Source: an uncultured delta proteobacterium
Lineage (GTDB): Bacteria; Desulfobacterota; Binatia; DP-6
DNA: 64,000 nt
Direction: 5' to 3'
Assembly: GCA_963815115.1 (NCBI GenBank)
Contig: CAWFFN010000008.1
Coordinates: forward strand, 576,001 to 640,000
Numbering within the stretch: the first letter of the stretch is position 1; every line of letters begins with the position of its first letter. Under the pieces are notes generated by a model. The model saw only the letters and a program-made list of their open reading frames with translations, searched no databases and was not told the DNA's origin. This document shows positions 25,640 through 34,550 of this stretch, piece after piece. Both the position numbers and the translations under genes were made by a program.

Positions 25640-26421
25640 CACAGCAGGACGAGACCGAGGACGGCGAGCCCGAGGAAGGGGAGCACGCCGAGCCCGAGCT
25701 CCCGCTGCCCCGTCGCCGTCGCCAGCCCGGCCCAGGCCGGCACCCAGCGGTGCGCGGCGATGAGCTGGCCGGCGGTGAACCCGCCCACCGTTCCGGCCAC
25801 GAGGAGCGCGAGCGCGACGGCACGGCGGCCCACGGACCGGCGCGGCCGGGGCCCGAGCAGGTTCCGGTAGAGGAGATGCGCGCTGTCGATGCGCGGGTAG
25901 AGCAGCCGGAGCAGCAGGGGTGCGAGTCCGATCCCGGCGATGAGGTTGTTCGCCAGCACCGACGAGCCGATGACGGTGAAGGGGTGGAAGCCGAGCACGC
26001 CGAGGCCGAACCCGACGACCGTCGCGCACAGCATGCCGGCGAGCCCGACCACTGCAACGAAGAGCATCCACCAGCCGAGGCGCGGCGCCGGCACCGGCCG
26101 GCTGCCGGTCACCGACTCCCAGACGGCGTAGGGCACGAGCCCGAAGGCGAGGTTGCCGACGAAGCCGAAGAGGTCGCCGGGACCGAGGCCACCGAAGAAA
26201 TCGCCGATCAGGTTGCCGAAGGCCGCGCCCCAGGCTCCGGCCGGTCCGAACAGGAACGAGCACACGATGGGCAGCGCGTTGGCCGGCCGCAGCTCGGTCA
26301 CGCCGGGGATGATCGGCGCCACCTTGAACGGGATCAGGATGCCGCCGTAGAGCGCGGCGCAGATGGCCGTCAGCACGACCATGCGCGTGTTGCGCCACAT
26401 ACCGAAGAGCTCGCCCGCCAC
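25639..26421 (-). CDS. ECF transporter S component (QueT-like family)
   Basis: ELFGMWRNTRMVVL, PGVTELRPANALP..LFGPAGAWGAAFGNLIGD motif; heads the ECF operon. Confidence 0.8.
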   Translation of the reverse strand: MAGELFGMWRNTRMVVLTAICAALYGGILIPFKVAPIIPGVTELRPANALPIVCSFLFGPAGAWGAAFGNLIGDFFGGLGPGDLFGFVGNLAFGLVPYAVWESVTGSRPVPAPRLGWWMLFVAVVGLAGMLCATVVGFGLGVLGFHPFTVIGSSVLANNLIAGIGLAPLLLRLLYPRIDSAHLLYRNLLGPRPRRSVGRRAVALALLVAGTVGGFTAGQLIAAHRWVPAWAGLATATGQRELGLGVLPFLGLAVLGLVLL

Positions 26422-26503
26422 CCCGCGCCGCACTTGCCAGGCCGGAGCGGGCGCTTCAACCCCGCCGCGTTGACTGGCGCCCGACCTTCCTCTAACGGGA
26501 GGC

Positions 26504-27373
26504 ATGCGTCGCGCATGCCTCGCGCTCTGCGTGGCCGCGATCTGCGCGGCCTGCTCCGGGAAGAAGCCCCTCGTGCCCGCCGATCAGCTGTGGGCACAGG
26601 GCAACGAGGCCATGCAGGACGAGGCGTACGACGTCGCCGTCCAGAACTACAAGCGGCTCCTCGACAGCTATCCCTTCGATCCCAACACCGAGGAAGCGGA
26701 GCTCAAGATCGCGGAGGCGTACTTCAACGCCCAGCGCTACCCGGAGGCCATCGCCTCGTTCGGCGACTTCGAGCGCATGCACCCGACGAGCGACAACCTG
26801 CCCCAGATCGAGTACCGCCGCGGCATGGCGTACCTCGCCCAGCACCGCTCGAGCGATCGCGACCAGCAGGCGATCAAGAACGCGCTCGAGTCGTTCCGCA
26901 ACATCGTCGAGCGCTACCCCGGCACACCGTGGGCGGCGCGCGCCGGGCTGCGGGTCCGCGAGTGTCGCGAGGATCTGGCCGAGCACGACGCCGACATCGC
27001 GGCGTTCTACCTGCACCGCGGCAGCCTGCGCGCCGCCGAGTCTCGCCTGCGCGGGATGCTGACGGACTACCCGGATACCGAGGCCACGGCCCGCGCCCTC
27101 GACACGTTCGCCAAGCTGTACGCCTCGCGCGACGAGCCGGAGGAGGCCAACCTCGCCCTCGCCACGCTCGCGCGCTATCACCCCGAGAGCCCGCTCGGCG
27201 TCGACGCCCGCCAGCAGCTCGGCGCGCTCGACCCGGCGCAGGGCCAGGACCCCCTGCCCGTGCTCGTCGCGCGGATCGACGAGATGCGTACGCAGGCGGA
27301 CCGCGAGAGGGTCCCGAAGACCGTGTCGGCGTACTCCGATCGCCCTGGCATGCCGGGCGGCGCCCGCTACTGA
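26504..27373 (+). CDS. bamD: Outer membrane protein assembly lipoprotein BamD
   Basis: Lipobox AAC; TPRs with YPF, FERMHP, DRDQ, YP-T-W and LAEHD..IA.FY pattern. Confidence 0.9.
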   Translation: MRRACLALCVAAICAACSGKKPLVPADQLWAQGNEAMQDEAYDVAVQNYKRLLDSYPFDPNTEEAELKIAEAYFNAQRYPEAIASFGDFERMHPTSDNLPQIEYRRGMAYLAQHRSSDRDQQAIKNALESFRNIVERYPGTPWAARAGLRVRECREDLAEHDADIAAFYLHRGSLRAAESRLRGMLTDYPDTEATARALDTFAKLYASRDEPEEANLALATLARYHPESPLGVDARQQLGALDPAQGQDPLPVLVARIDEMRTQADRERVPKTVSAYSDRPGMPGGARY

Positions 27374-27407
27374 GCGGGCCAGCGCCGCGTGGCCGGCGTG
27401 TCGCGGT

Positions 27408-27437
27408 TTGACACGCCTTCGCGATCCGAGATACCAC
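27408..27437 (+). promoter_or_regulatory. Possible sigma70 promoter for the riboswitch operon
   Basis: Perfect TTGACA at 27408-27413; the -10 box is weak. Confidence 0.35.
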
Positions 27438-27461
27438 CCTGCGTAGAGAAGAGACGACAAA

Positions 27462-27580
27462 CCCCATCCAGAGTGGCGGAGGGTCCGGCCCAGCGAAGCC
27501 ACAGCAACCGGCCCGTGCGGGGCGCGGTGCTAATTCCGACGCGAGGTTTGGCTGGTGAGAGCCGCCCGCGAAAGATGAGG
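27462..27580 (+). ncRNA. SAM-I (S-box) riboswitch aptamer
   Basis: CATCCAGAG..GGAGGG..GGCCC..GAAGCC.CAGCAACC..GGTGCTAATTCC..GAAAGATGAG consensus with pairable P1-P3; upstream of sulfur-metabolism genes. Confidence 0.92.
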
Positions 27581-27637
27581 ATCGCACGCTGGTGAGAGCC
27601 CTCCCCCTACCGTCGGTGGGGGAAGAGATCACCGAGC

Positions 27638-28384
27638 ATGCGCCCCAGCCGATCGACACGCCCTGACCTCGAGGATGCTCGCGTTCTGGTCGTCGGCGTC
27701 GGAGGACTGGGATCGCCGGCCGCGATGGCGCTCGCCGAGGCGGGCGTGGGTACCGTCGGCCTGGTCGACCCGGATCGGGTGGAGCCGTCGAATCTCCACC
27801 GCCAGCCGCTCTACACCGATGCCGACGTCGGGCTGCCCAAGGTGGACGCGGCCGCCGCCCGGCTCCGCGCCGGTCATCCGCGCCTCCGGGTCGAGACCGC
27901 GGCCGTGCGCTTCGGTGCCGGCTCGAGCTCCCTGCTCGCTGGCTTCGACGTCGTCCTCGACGGCACCGATTCCATCGGCGCCAAGTTCGACGTCAACGAC
28001 GCGGCGATTGCCGCGCGCGTTCCGCTCGTCCACGCCGGCGCCATCGGCTGGCAGGCGCAGCTGCTCACCGTCCTGCCGGGCCGCAGCGCCTGCTATCGCT
28101 GTCTCTTCGAGGAGCCCCCGCCAGCGGACGAGGTGCCGTCGTGTCAGGAGGCCGGCGTCCTCGGTCCCGCCGTGGTGTTCGCCGGCAGCGTGCAGGCCGC
28201 GGAGGCGATCCGCCTGCTCACGGGGGCGGCGCCGGCGTTCGCGGACCGGCTGCTCGCCATCGATACCCGCACCGGAAGCTGGCGGCGCATCGCGGTGACC
28301 CGCCGTCTCGACTGCCCCGCCTGTGGGACCGTGCATCAGGAGACCATCGCGCCCAGGAGCGCGCAAAGGAGTGTAGCGAGATGA
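27638..28384 (+). CDS. MoeB/ThiF E1-like adenylyltransferase (catalytic motifs intact, N-terminal RxxRQ helix absent)
   Basis: GVGGLG, SNLHRQ, PKV, DGTDS, CYRC, SCQEAGVLGP, CPAC. Confidence 0.92.
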   Translation: MRPSRSTRPDLEDARVLVVGVGGLGSPAAMALAEAGVGTVGLVDPDRVEPSNLHRQPLYTDADVGLPKVDAAAARLRAGHPRLRVETAAVRFGAGSSSLLAGFDVVLDGTDSIGAKFDVNDAAIAARVPLVHAGAIGWQAQLLTVLPGRSACYRCLFEEPPPADEVPSCQEAGVLGPAVVFAGSVQAAEAIRLLTGAAPAFADRLLAIDTRTGSWRRIAVTRRLDCPACGTVHQETIAPRSAQRSVAR

Positions 28385-29634
28385 GCCACGCAAAAGGGCT
28401 CAGATGCCGCGAGTGCGGCGCCGAAACCCCCATCGCCCCCCTGCACGTCTGCGAGACCTGCTTCGGCCCGCTCGAGGTGCAGTACGACTACGACGCGATC
28501 CGGCGCGTGCTCACGCGCGAAGCCATCGAGCGCCGGCCGCGCAACCTGTGGCGCTATCGCGAGCTGCTCCCGATCGAGGGCGAGCCGCAGATCGGGCTGC
28601 ACTCGGGCTTCACCCCGCTCGTCCGGGCCGAGCGCCTCGCCGCCGTGCTGGGCGTGAAGGAGCTCTGGGTCAAGGACGACTCGGTCAACCACCCCACCTT
28701 CTCGTACAAGGACCGGGTGGTCTCGGTCGCCATCTCGAAGGCCATCGAGTTCGGCTTCGACACGGTGTCCTGCGCCTCCACCGGCAATCTCGCCAACTCC
28801 GTCTCCGCGCACGCCGCGCGTGCGGGACTCAACTGCTTCATCTTCATCCCGGACGACCTCGAGCAGGGCAAGGTGATCGGCTCGACCATCTACGGCCCCC
28901 GCGCCATCGCGATCCGGGGCAACTACGACGACGTCAATCGGCTGTGCAGCGAGATCGCCGACAAGTACGGCTGGGCCTTCGTCAACATCAACGTGCGCCC
29001 GTACTACACGGAGGGCGCGAAGACCTACGGCTTCGAGGTCGCCGAGCAGCTCGGCTGGCGCCTGCCGCAGCACATCGTCGTGCCGGTCGCCGGGGGAACG
29101 ATCCTGCCCAAGGTGGCGAAGGCGTTCCGCGAGCTCCGCGACCTGGGCCTGGTCGACGGCGATTTCAAGATCTACGGCGCGCAGGCGGCGGGGTGCGCTC
29201 CGGTCGTCCAGGCGCTCCACAAGCACACCGACCTGATCAGTCCCGTCAAGCCGGCGACCATCGCCAAGTCGATCGCCATCGGCAACCCGGCCGACGGCTA
29301 CTACGTGCTGAAGGCGGTGCGCGAATCGGGAGGCTGGGGCGAGTCGGTCACCGACGCGGAGATCGTCGAGGCCATCCAGCTCCTGGCGCGGACCGAGGGC
29401 ATCTTCACGGAGCCGGCGGGCGGCACCACCGTGGCCGTCACCCGCAAGCTCATCGCGCAGGGCCGCATCCCGCGCGACGAGTCGATCGTGATCTGCGTGA
29501 CCGGCAACGGCTACAAGACGCTCGAGGCCGTGATCGACAGCGTCGAGCAGCCCTCGCGCATCCCGGCGCGGCTCGCCGATTTCGACGCCCTCTACGCCCA
29601 GCTCCGCGGCGGGCTCGAGGCGTCCGCGGGCTAG
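28381..29634 (+). CDS. thrC: Threonine synthase-like PLP enzyme (candidate MetM-type carrier-dependent homocysteine synthase)
   Basis: N-terminal CxxC..CxxC, PTFSYKDR (PLP Lys), ASTGN, EGAKT, TGNGYK; next to a MoaD-like carrier under a SAM riboswitch. Confidence 0.85.
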   Translation: MSHAKGLRCRECGAETPIAPLHVCETCFGPLEVQYDYDAIRRVLTREAIERRPRNLWRYRELLPIEGEPQIGLHSGFTPLVRAERLAAVLGVKELWVKDDSVNHPTFSYKDRVVSVAISKAIEFGFDTVSCASTGNLANSVSAHAARAGLNCFIFIPDDLEQGKVIGSTIYGPRAIAIRGNYDDVNRLCSEIADKYGWAFVNINVRPYYTEGAKTYGFEVAEQLGWRLPQHIVVPVAGGTILPKVAKAFRELRDLGLVDGDFKIYGAQAAGCAPVVQALHKHTDLISPVKPATIAKSIAIGNPADGYYVLKAVRESGGWGESVTDAEIVEAIQLLARTEGIFTEPAGGTTVAVTRKLIAQGRIPRDESIVICVTGNGYKTLEAVIDSVEQPSRIPARLADFDALYAQLRGGLEASAG

Positions 29635-29687
29635 CGCCGACGCCCCCCGCGCCGGTACAACCAGCAGTCGACAGGAGGAACGAACGC

Positions 29688-29963
29688 ATGACCCAGGTGA
29701 GAGTGCCCACGCCCCTGCGCAAGTTCACGGGCGGCTCCGAGGCCGTCGAGGCAGACGGCACGAACGTGACCTCGGTCCTTGCCGATCTCGATCGGCGCTA
29801 TCCCGGCATCCGGGAACGCATCTGCGACGAATCCGGCCAGGTGCGCCGCTTCGTCAACATCTTCGTCAACGGTGAGGACATCCGCTTCCTCCAGCACCTC
29901 GAGACCCCGGTGAAGGCAGGCGACGAGCTGTCGATCGTCCCGGCCATCGCGGGAGGCCGCTAG
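29688..29963 (+). CDS. Ubiquitin-like sulfur carrier protein (MoaD/CysO family) ending IAGG-R
   Basis: AGGAGG RBS; VRVPTPLR, RRFVNIFVNGEDIRFL and SIVPAIAGGR. Confidence 0.93.
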   Translation: MTQVRVPTPLRKFTGGSEAVEADGTNVTSVLADLDRRYPGIRERICDESGQVRRFVNIFVNGEDIRFLQHLETPVKAGDELSIVPAIAGGR

Positions 29964-29975
29964 AGCGGAGCGTGC

Positions 29976-30959
29976 ATGGCGTCGCGCGTCGCCCAGGCGG
30001 GTTGCTCCGCCGGTCCGACGGCGCCGGGGGAGGGACCGCTCGTCTCGCCCTCGGTGCTCGAGCTGATCGGCAACACGCCGCTGGTGGAGATCCAGCGGGT
30101 GCGCGAAGGAGTCCCGCCCGGCGTCCGCCTGTTCGGCAAGATCGAGGGCTTCAACCCTGGCGGCTCGGTGAAGGACCGGCCCGCGCTCAGGATGATCCAG
30201 GAAGGCATCCGCCAGGGCAGGCTCGTGCCGGGCAAGACCATCCTCGACTCGACGTCGGGCAACACCGGCATCGCGCTCGCCATGATCGGCGCCGCGCTCG
30301 GCTACCCGGTCGAGCTGGTGATGCCGGCCAACGTGAGCCGCGAGCGCAAGCAGATGGTGGCGGCGTTCGGCGCCCGGGTCGTGTTCAGCGATCCGCTCGA
30401 GGGCAGCGACGGCGCCATCCGCCTCTGCCGCGAGGTGCTCGCGGCCGATCCCGAGCGCTACTTCAAGCCCGACCAGTACAACAACGAAGCCAACCCGCTC
30501 GCCCACTACGAGACCACGGGACCGGAGATCTGGCGCCAGACCGACGGCCGGGTGACGCACTTCGTGGCCGGCATCGGCACGGGCGGCACGATCATGGGCA
30601 CGGGTCGCTTCCTGAAGGAGCAGAATCCGGCCGTCCAGGTGATCGCGGCGGAGCCGGAGGACGCGTTTCACGGCCTCGAGGGGCTCAAGCACATGGAGAC
30701 CTCGATCGTGCCGGGCATCTACCACGAAGCCGAGCTCGACCTGAAGCTCGGCGTCGGCACCGACGAGGCATACGACATGGTGTACCGCCTCGGGCGCGAG
30801 GAGGCGCTGCTCGTCGGCCAGTCGTGCGGCGCCGCCCACGTCGCCGCGTTGCGGGTGGCGCGCACGCTCGACGAGGGCACGATCGTCGTGCTCTTCGCCG
30901 ACTTCGGGGACCGCTACCTCTCGACCAACCTCTGGCTCGGCTGGCAGCGCCAGGGATGA
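29976..30959 (+). CDS. cysM: Cysteine synthase family PLP enzyme (CysM-like)
   Basis: IGNTPLV, NPGGSVKDR, TSGNTG, GIGTGGT, DRYLST. Confidence 0.9.
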   Translation: MASRVAQAGCSAGPTAPGEGPLVSPSVLELIGNTPLVEIQRVREGVPPGVRLFGKIEGFNPGGSVKDRPALRMIQEGIRQGRLVPGKTILDSTSGNTGIALAMIGAALGYPVELVMPANVSRERKQMVAAFGARVVFSDPLEGSDGAIRLCREVLAADPERYFKPDQYNNEANPLAHYETTGPEIWRQTDGRVTHFVAGIGTGGTIMGTGRFLKEQNPAVQVIAAEPEDAFHGLEGLKHMETSIVPGIYHEAELDLKLGVGTDEAYDMVYRLGREEALLVGQSCGAAHVAALRVARTLDEGTIVVLFADFGDRYLSTNLWLGWQRQG

Positions 30960-31240
30960 GCCGCGGCGGCAGCACATCGTCGCGCCGCAAGGCGGGCACC
31001 AAGGCGCGGGTGAAGCTCTACCTCACCTACCCGAGCCGTCTGGTGCGCGAGCCCCTCATCTACCACCTGAGCCGCAACTTCGACCTGATCTTCAACATCC
31101 GGCAGGCGAGCGTGAACGAGGACATCGGCATCATCGCCATCGAGCTCGACGGCGCCGACGAGGCGATCGAGCGCGGCATCGCATGGCTCCGCGAGCGCGG
31201 CGTCACCGTCGAGCCGATCGAGAAGAACGTCATCGAGTGA
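30956..31240 (+). CDS. Stand-alone NIL domain protein
   Basis: EPLIYHLSRNFDLIFNIRQASV..G..IEL.G..IERGIAWL...GV.VEPIE, the NIL/MetN-C2 pattern. Confidence 0.88.
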   Translation: MSRGGSTSSRRKAGTKARVKLYLTYPSRLVREPLIYHLSRNFDLIFNIRQASVNEDIGIIAIELDGADEAIERGIAWLRERGVTVEPIEKNVIE

Positions 31241-31800
31241 TGCTGAGCGACGCGGACATCGAGCGCTGGAGCCGCCAGATCATCCTCCCGGAGGTCGGCG
31301 GCCGAGGGCAGCGCAGGCTGATGACGGCACGCGTGTCGGTCGTGGGCGACGGGCCGGTCGCCGCCTGCGCGACCGATCTGCTCGCGCGCGCGGGGGTCAC
31401 CGCCGAGCGCTCCTCCGGGCAGCTCGACGACGCCGAGCTCGTGGTCGATCTCGGCCCGGGGAAGAGCGCCGGCACCGCCCTCGCCCGGCGCGCGCTCGAG
31501 CGCGGCGTGCCGCTGGTTCGCGGCCGATGCTGGAGCGCCGGCGGTACGGTGGACACGCTGGTCGGCCGGCCCTGCGGCCTCTGCCTGTCCGGGGCGGCGC
31601 TCCCGTCCGGCCCGACCGGCGAGGCCCTGGCGGCGCCGGCGGCACAGGCGGTGGCCGCGCTCGTCGCGACCGAGGTCCTGCGCGTGCTCCTGATCGGAGC
31701 GCCTGTCGGCCGGCGACAGCTGGTCGATCTCGACGGCGGCCGCTTCTCGTGCGAGGCGCTCGACTCGGCCGGCTGTGCCAGCTGCGGAGCGCGGGCGTGA
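31240..31800 (+). CDS. Degenerate ThiF/MoeB-like protein (inactive adenylation domain)
   Basis: ERWSRQIILPEVGGRGQRRL N-terminus and two CxxC motifs retained; nucleotide-binding Gly loop degenerate (GDGPVA); SNLxRQ segment and the conserved Cys absent. Confidence 0.8.
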   Translation: MLSDADIERWSRQIILPEVGGRGQRRLMTARVSVVGDGPVAACATDLLARAGVTAERSSGQLDDAELVVDLGPGKSAGTALARRALERGVPLVRGRCWSAGGTVDTLVGRPCGLCLSGAALPSGPTGEALAAPAAQAVAALVATEVLRVLLIGAPVGRRQLVDLDGGRFSCEALDSAGCASCGARA

Positions 31801-33002
31801 CCGGCGGCGAGCGGCTCGAGGCGAAGCTCGACATCGCGGCCCGTGGTGTGCGCATCGACGAAAGCGCGCGTGGGCTCGCCCCGGAATCGGAGCCGCTGCC
31901 GCAGGCCCTCGAGCTCGTCATCGACGACGAGGCGCACGTCAGCGCGCCGGTCGACGCGGCCGGCACGGCGCCCGCCGCCCTGCTGCTGATCGGAGACGCG
32001 GGCCGCTACTACCTGGTCGATCGGGAGGCGAACGGCGGTGCGCGGCTCGAGGTGGGTGTGCCGACGTTGCCGCGCTTCTACGGCCGCCGCACCGCCTCGG
32101 GCATGCCGATGCGGCGGGTCGCGAGCGTCGTCGGGAGCCACCTGCTCGTCCATCCCTCCGGGGCGTGCGGCTTCAGCGTGCAGGGCTCGCCGTGCCGCTT
32201 CTGTCTCGAAGGCGCACGGGCCGAGCGTGGCGCGGTGGCGACGGTCGCGGACGTGGTCGAGGTCACCCGCGTCGCCTTCGAGGAAGGCGTCGCCGAGTCC
32301 GTGTATCTGAACAGCGACGCCTTCGAGGCCGAAGACGGCGGCCTCGCCTTCGTGGCGCCGTACGTCGAGGGCATCCGGAGGCATTTCGACACGCTGGTGG
32401 CCGTGCAGGTACATCCCCCGCGCTCCGACCGCTGGATCGACTGGGCCTACGCGCTCGGCGTCGACGCCCTCAGCTTCAACCTCGAGATCTACGACCCCGA
32501 GCTGCTCGACCGCTGCTGCATCGGGCGCATGCGCTACATCGGCCGCCAGCGCTACCTCGATGCCCTGGCTCACGCGGCGCGCATCTTCCCCAGCGGCACG
32601 GTGTGGAGCGATCTGGTGCTCGGCCTCGAACCCCCCGGGTCGACCATGGAAGGCATCGACGCACTCGCCGCGCTCGGCGTCGTGCCCGTGGTGACGGCAC
32701 GCCGGGCCCTGTCGACGCCCGGGGAGCGTCTGGAAGGGCCCGTCGTGGGGCACGTGCTCGCCCATCTCTACGGTGCGGTGCACGACCGCGGCATCAACAT
32801 GGGCTGGATCCGCGACCTGGTCGGCGGCGTCGCGCCGCTCGAGGCGCGCGCGCACGGCGGCAAGGGCGCCGGACTCGCCACCGCCATGGAGAACATCACG
32901 CGCTCGCGGCTGGGGGCGCTCGCCGCCCGCGGGCTCGCCCGCTTCCGCCGCCGGCTCCGCGTGAAGAGCATCGGCGACTCGTTCGACGCCGCACACCTCT
33001 GA
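31797..33002 (+). CDS. Radical SAM protein with CX8CX2C motif (distant MSMEG_0568-like/BioB-like)
   Basis: PRFYGRRT.SG.P, CGFSVQGSPCRFC, SFNLEIYD, SDLVLGLE. Confidence 0.8.
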   Translation: MTGGERLEAKLDIAARGVRIDESARGLAPESEPLPQALELVIDDEAHVSAPVDAAGTAPAALLLIGDAGRYYLVDREANGGARLEVGVPTLPRFYGRRTASGMPMRRVASVVGSHLLVHPSGACGFSVQGSPCRFCLEGARAERGAVATVADVVEVTRVAFEEGVAESVYLNSDAFEAEDGGLAFVAPYVEGIRRHFDTLVAVQVHPPRSDRWIDWAYALGVDALSFNLEIYDPELLDRCCIGRMRYIGRQRYLDALAHAARIFPSGTVWSDLVLGLEPPGSTMEGIDALAALGVVPVVTARRALSTPGERLEGPVVGHVLAHLYGAVHDRGINMGWIRDLVGGVAPLEARAHGGKGAGLATAMENITRSRLGALAARGLARFRRRLRVKSIGDSFDAAHL

Positions 33003-33006
33003 GCCC

Positions 33007-34485
33007 GTGGGGGAGCCAGCTACCCGCCGCGTCCCCGGGGACGTCCTCGTCGACACGCGCCCGTTGTGGCGCATTCTCGCCGGACGCACCTTCCGCCCGC
33101 TGGTGCTGCTCACCGGCGCGGCGCTGTTCCTGCTGATCCGCGCCCTGCCGCCTTTGCCGGGACTCGAGCCGGGCGGGCAACGCGCGCTCGCCGTCTTCGT
33201 CATCTGCCTCGTCTACTGGGTGACGAACGTTCTGCCGCTCATGGTGACGAGCCTCCTCGCCATGGTGCTGCTGCCGCTCACCGGCGTGCTCCAGACGAAG
33301 GACACCTACGCGCTGTTCGGCAACGAGGCGGTATTCTTCATCCTGGGCGCGTTCCTGCTCGCCGCCTCCCTCATGCGCTGCGGGCTCTCCACCCGCATCG
33401 CGGTCGCCATCCTGCGTCGCTTCGGCCACACCCCGCGGACGCTCCTCCTGTCCTTCTTCCTCATGAACGCCTTCCTCGCCTTCTTCATGTCCGAGCACGC
33501 GGTCGCGGCCATGACCTTCCCGATCACGCTCGAGATCGCGTCCGTCCTCGGCTTGCAGCGCCAGCGCAGCAGCTACGGCCGTGCCCTCTTCATCTCGATG
33601 GCGTGGGGAACGCAGATCGGCGGCATCGCCACGCTGCTGGGCGGCGGACGGGCGCCGCTCGCCATCGGCATGCTGCGCGAGTCCACGGGGCAGGGCTACA
33701 CCTTTCTCCAGTGGACGCTGGCGGCGTGGCCGATCGTCGCGGTGCTGCTGGTCGCCGGCTGGTTCATCATCACGTGGTTCTTTCCCATCGACATCGAGTC
33801 GGTGAGACGGGCGGACGCGGTGATCGAGGAGAAGGCGCTCAAGATGGGCCGCCCGTCGGTGCGCGAGCGCTCCATCGGGCTGATCATGCTCGTCACGCTC
33901 ACTGCCTGGATCGTGGGTGGCGAGGAGTTCGGGCTGGCGACCATCGCGCTGGGCGCGGTCGTGGTCATCTTCGTCGCCGGGCTGCTCGAGTGGCGCGACC
34001 TCGAGCAGTACGTGAACTGGGGCGTGCTCCTCATGTACGGCGGCGCCATCGCGCTGGGCTCGGCGCTGCACAAGTCGGGTGCCTCGGTGTGGATCGCCTC
34101 CCTCACCGTGAGCCACTGGGCGCGGACGCCCGCGCAGGTCGTGGCCATCCTCTCGGGCATCGGCATCGTGCTCACGGAGGCCATGAGCCACTCGGCCGTG
34201 GTCGCTCTCCTGATGCCCGTCGCGCTCGGCATCGCGCAGCAGTACGGCATGGACCCGCGGCTGATGGCGCCCGTGATCGCCCTCCCCTCCGGGCTCGCCT
34301 TCACGCTCCCCGTCGGCACGCCGGGGAACGCCATCGCCTACTCCTCGGGCTACCTCCGGCTGCGCGACATGCTGCTGCCGGGCTCCCTGATGGTCGTCAT
34401 TGCCTGGGCCGTGTTCAACCTGGTGGTGCGCTACTACTGGCCCCTGATCGGGCTCTCGCTCGCCCCGGTGGCTGCAGCAGGTTGA
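33007..34485 (+). CDS. DASS/SLC13 anion permease (likely sulfate/thiosulfate uptake)
   Basis: Many TMs; [44 protein letters not shown]; upstream of sat. Confidence 0.88.
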   Translation: MGEPATRRVPGDVLVDTRPLWRILAGRTFRPLVLLTGAALFLLIRALPPLPGLEPGGQRALAVFVICLVYWVTNVLPLMVTSLLAMVLLPLTGVLQTKDTYALFGNEAVFFILGAFLLAASLMRCGLSTRIAVAILRRFGHTPRTLLLSFFLMNAFLAFFMSEHAVAAMTFPITLEIASVLGLQRQRSSYGRALFISMAWGTQIGGIATLLGGGRAPLAIGMLRESTGQGYTFLQWTLAAWPIVAVLLVAGWFIITWFFPIDIESVRRADAVIEEKALKMGRPSVRERSIGLIMLVTLTAWIVGGEEFGLATIALGAVVVIFVAGLLEWRDLEQYVNWGVLLMYGGAIALGSALHKSGASVWIASLTVSHWARTPAQVVAILSGIGIVLTEAMSHSAVVALLMPVALGIAQQYGMDPRLMAPVIALPSGLAFTLPVGTPGNAIAYSSGYLRLRDMLLPGSLMVVIAWAVFNLVVRYYWPLIGLSLAPVAAAG

Positions 34486-34550
34486 GCCCAGGGCCGCTTT
34501 CCCCTAGGTTTCTCCGTTCTCACTTCCTCGACGCGAAAGGACCATCCGAC

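Noticed and set aside
27638-29963. Molybdopterin or thiamine biosynthesis, or a Bil/CBASS-type ubiquitin defence system
   Set aside because: No moaE/moaA/thiG, E2 or CD-NTase; the SAM riboswitch, CysM and Sat point to sulfur amino-acid synthesis.
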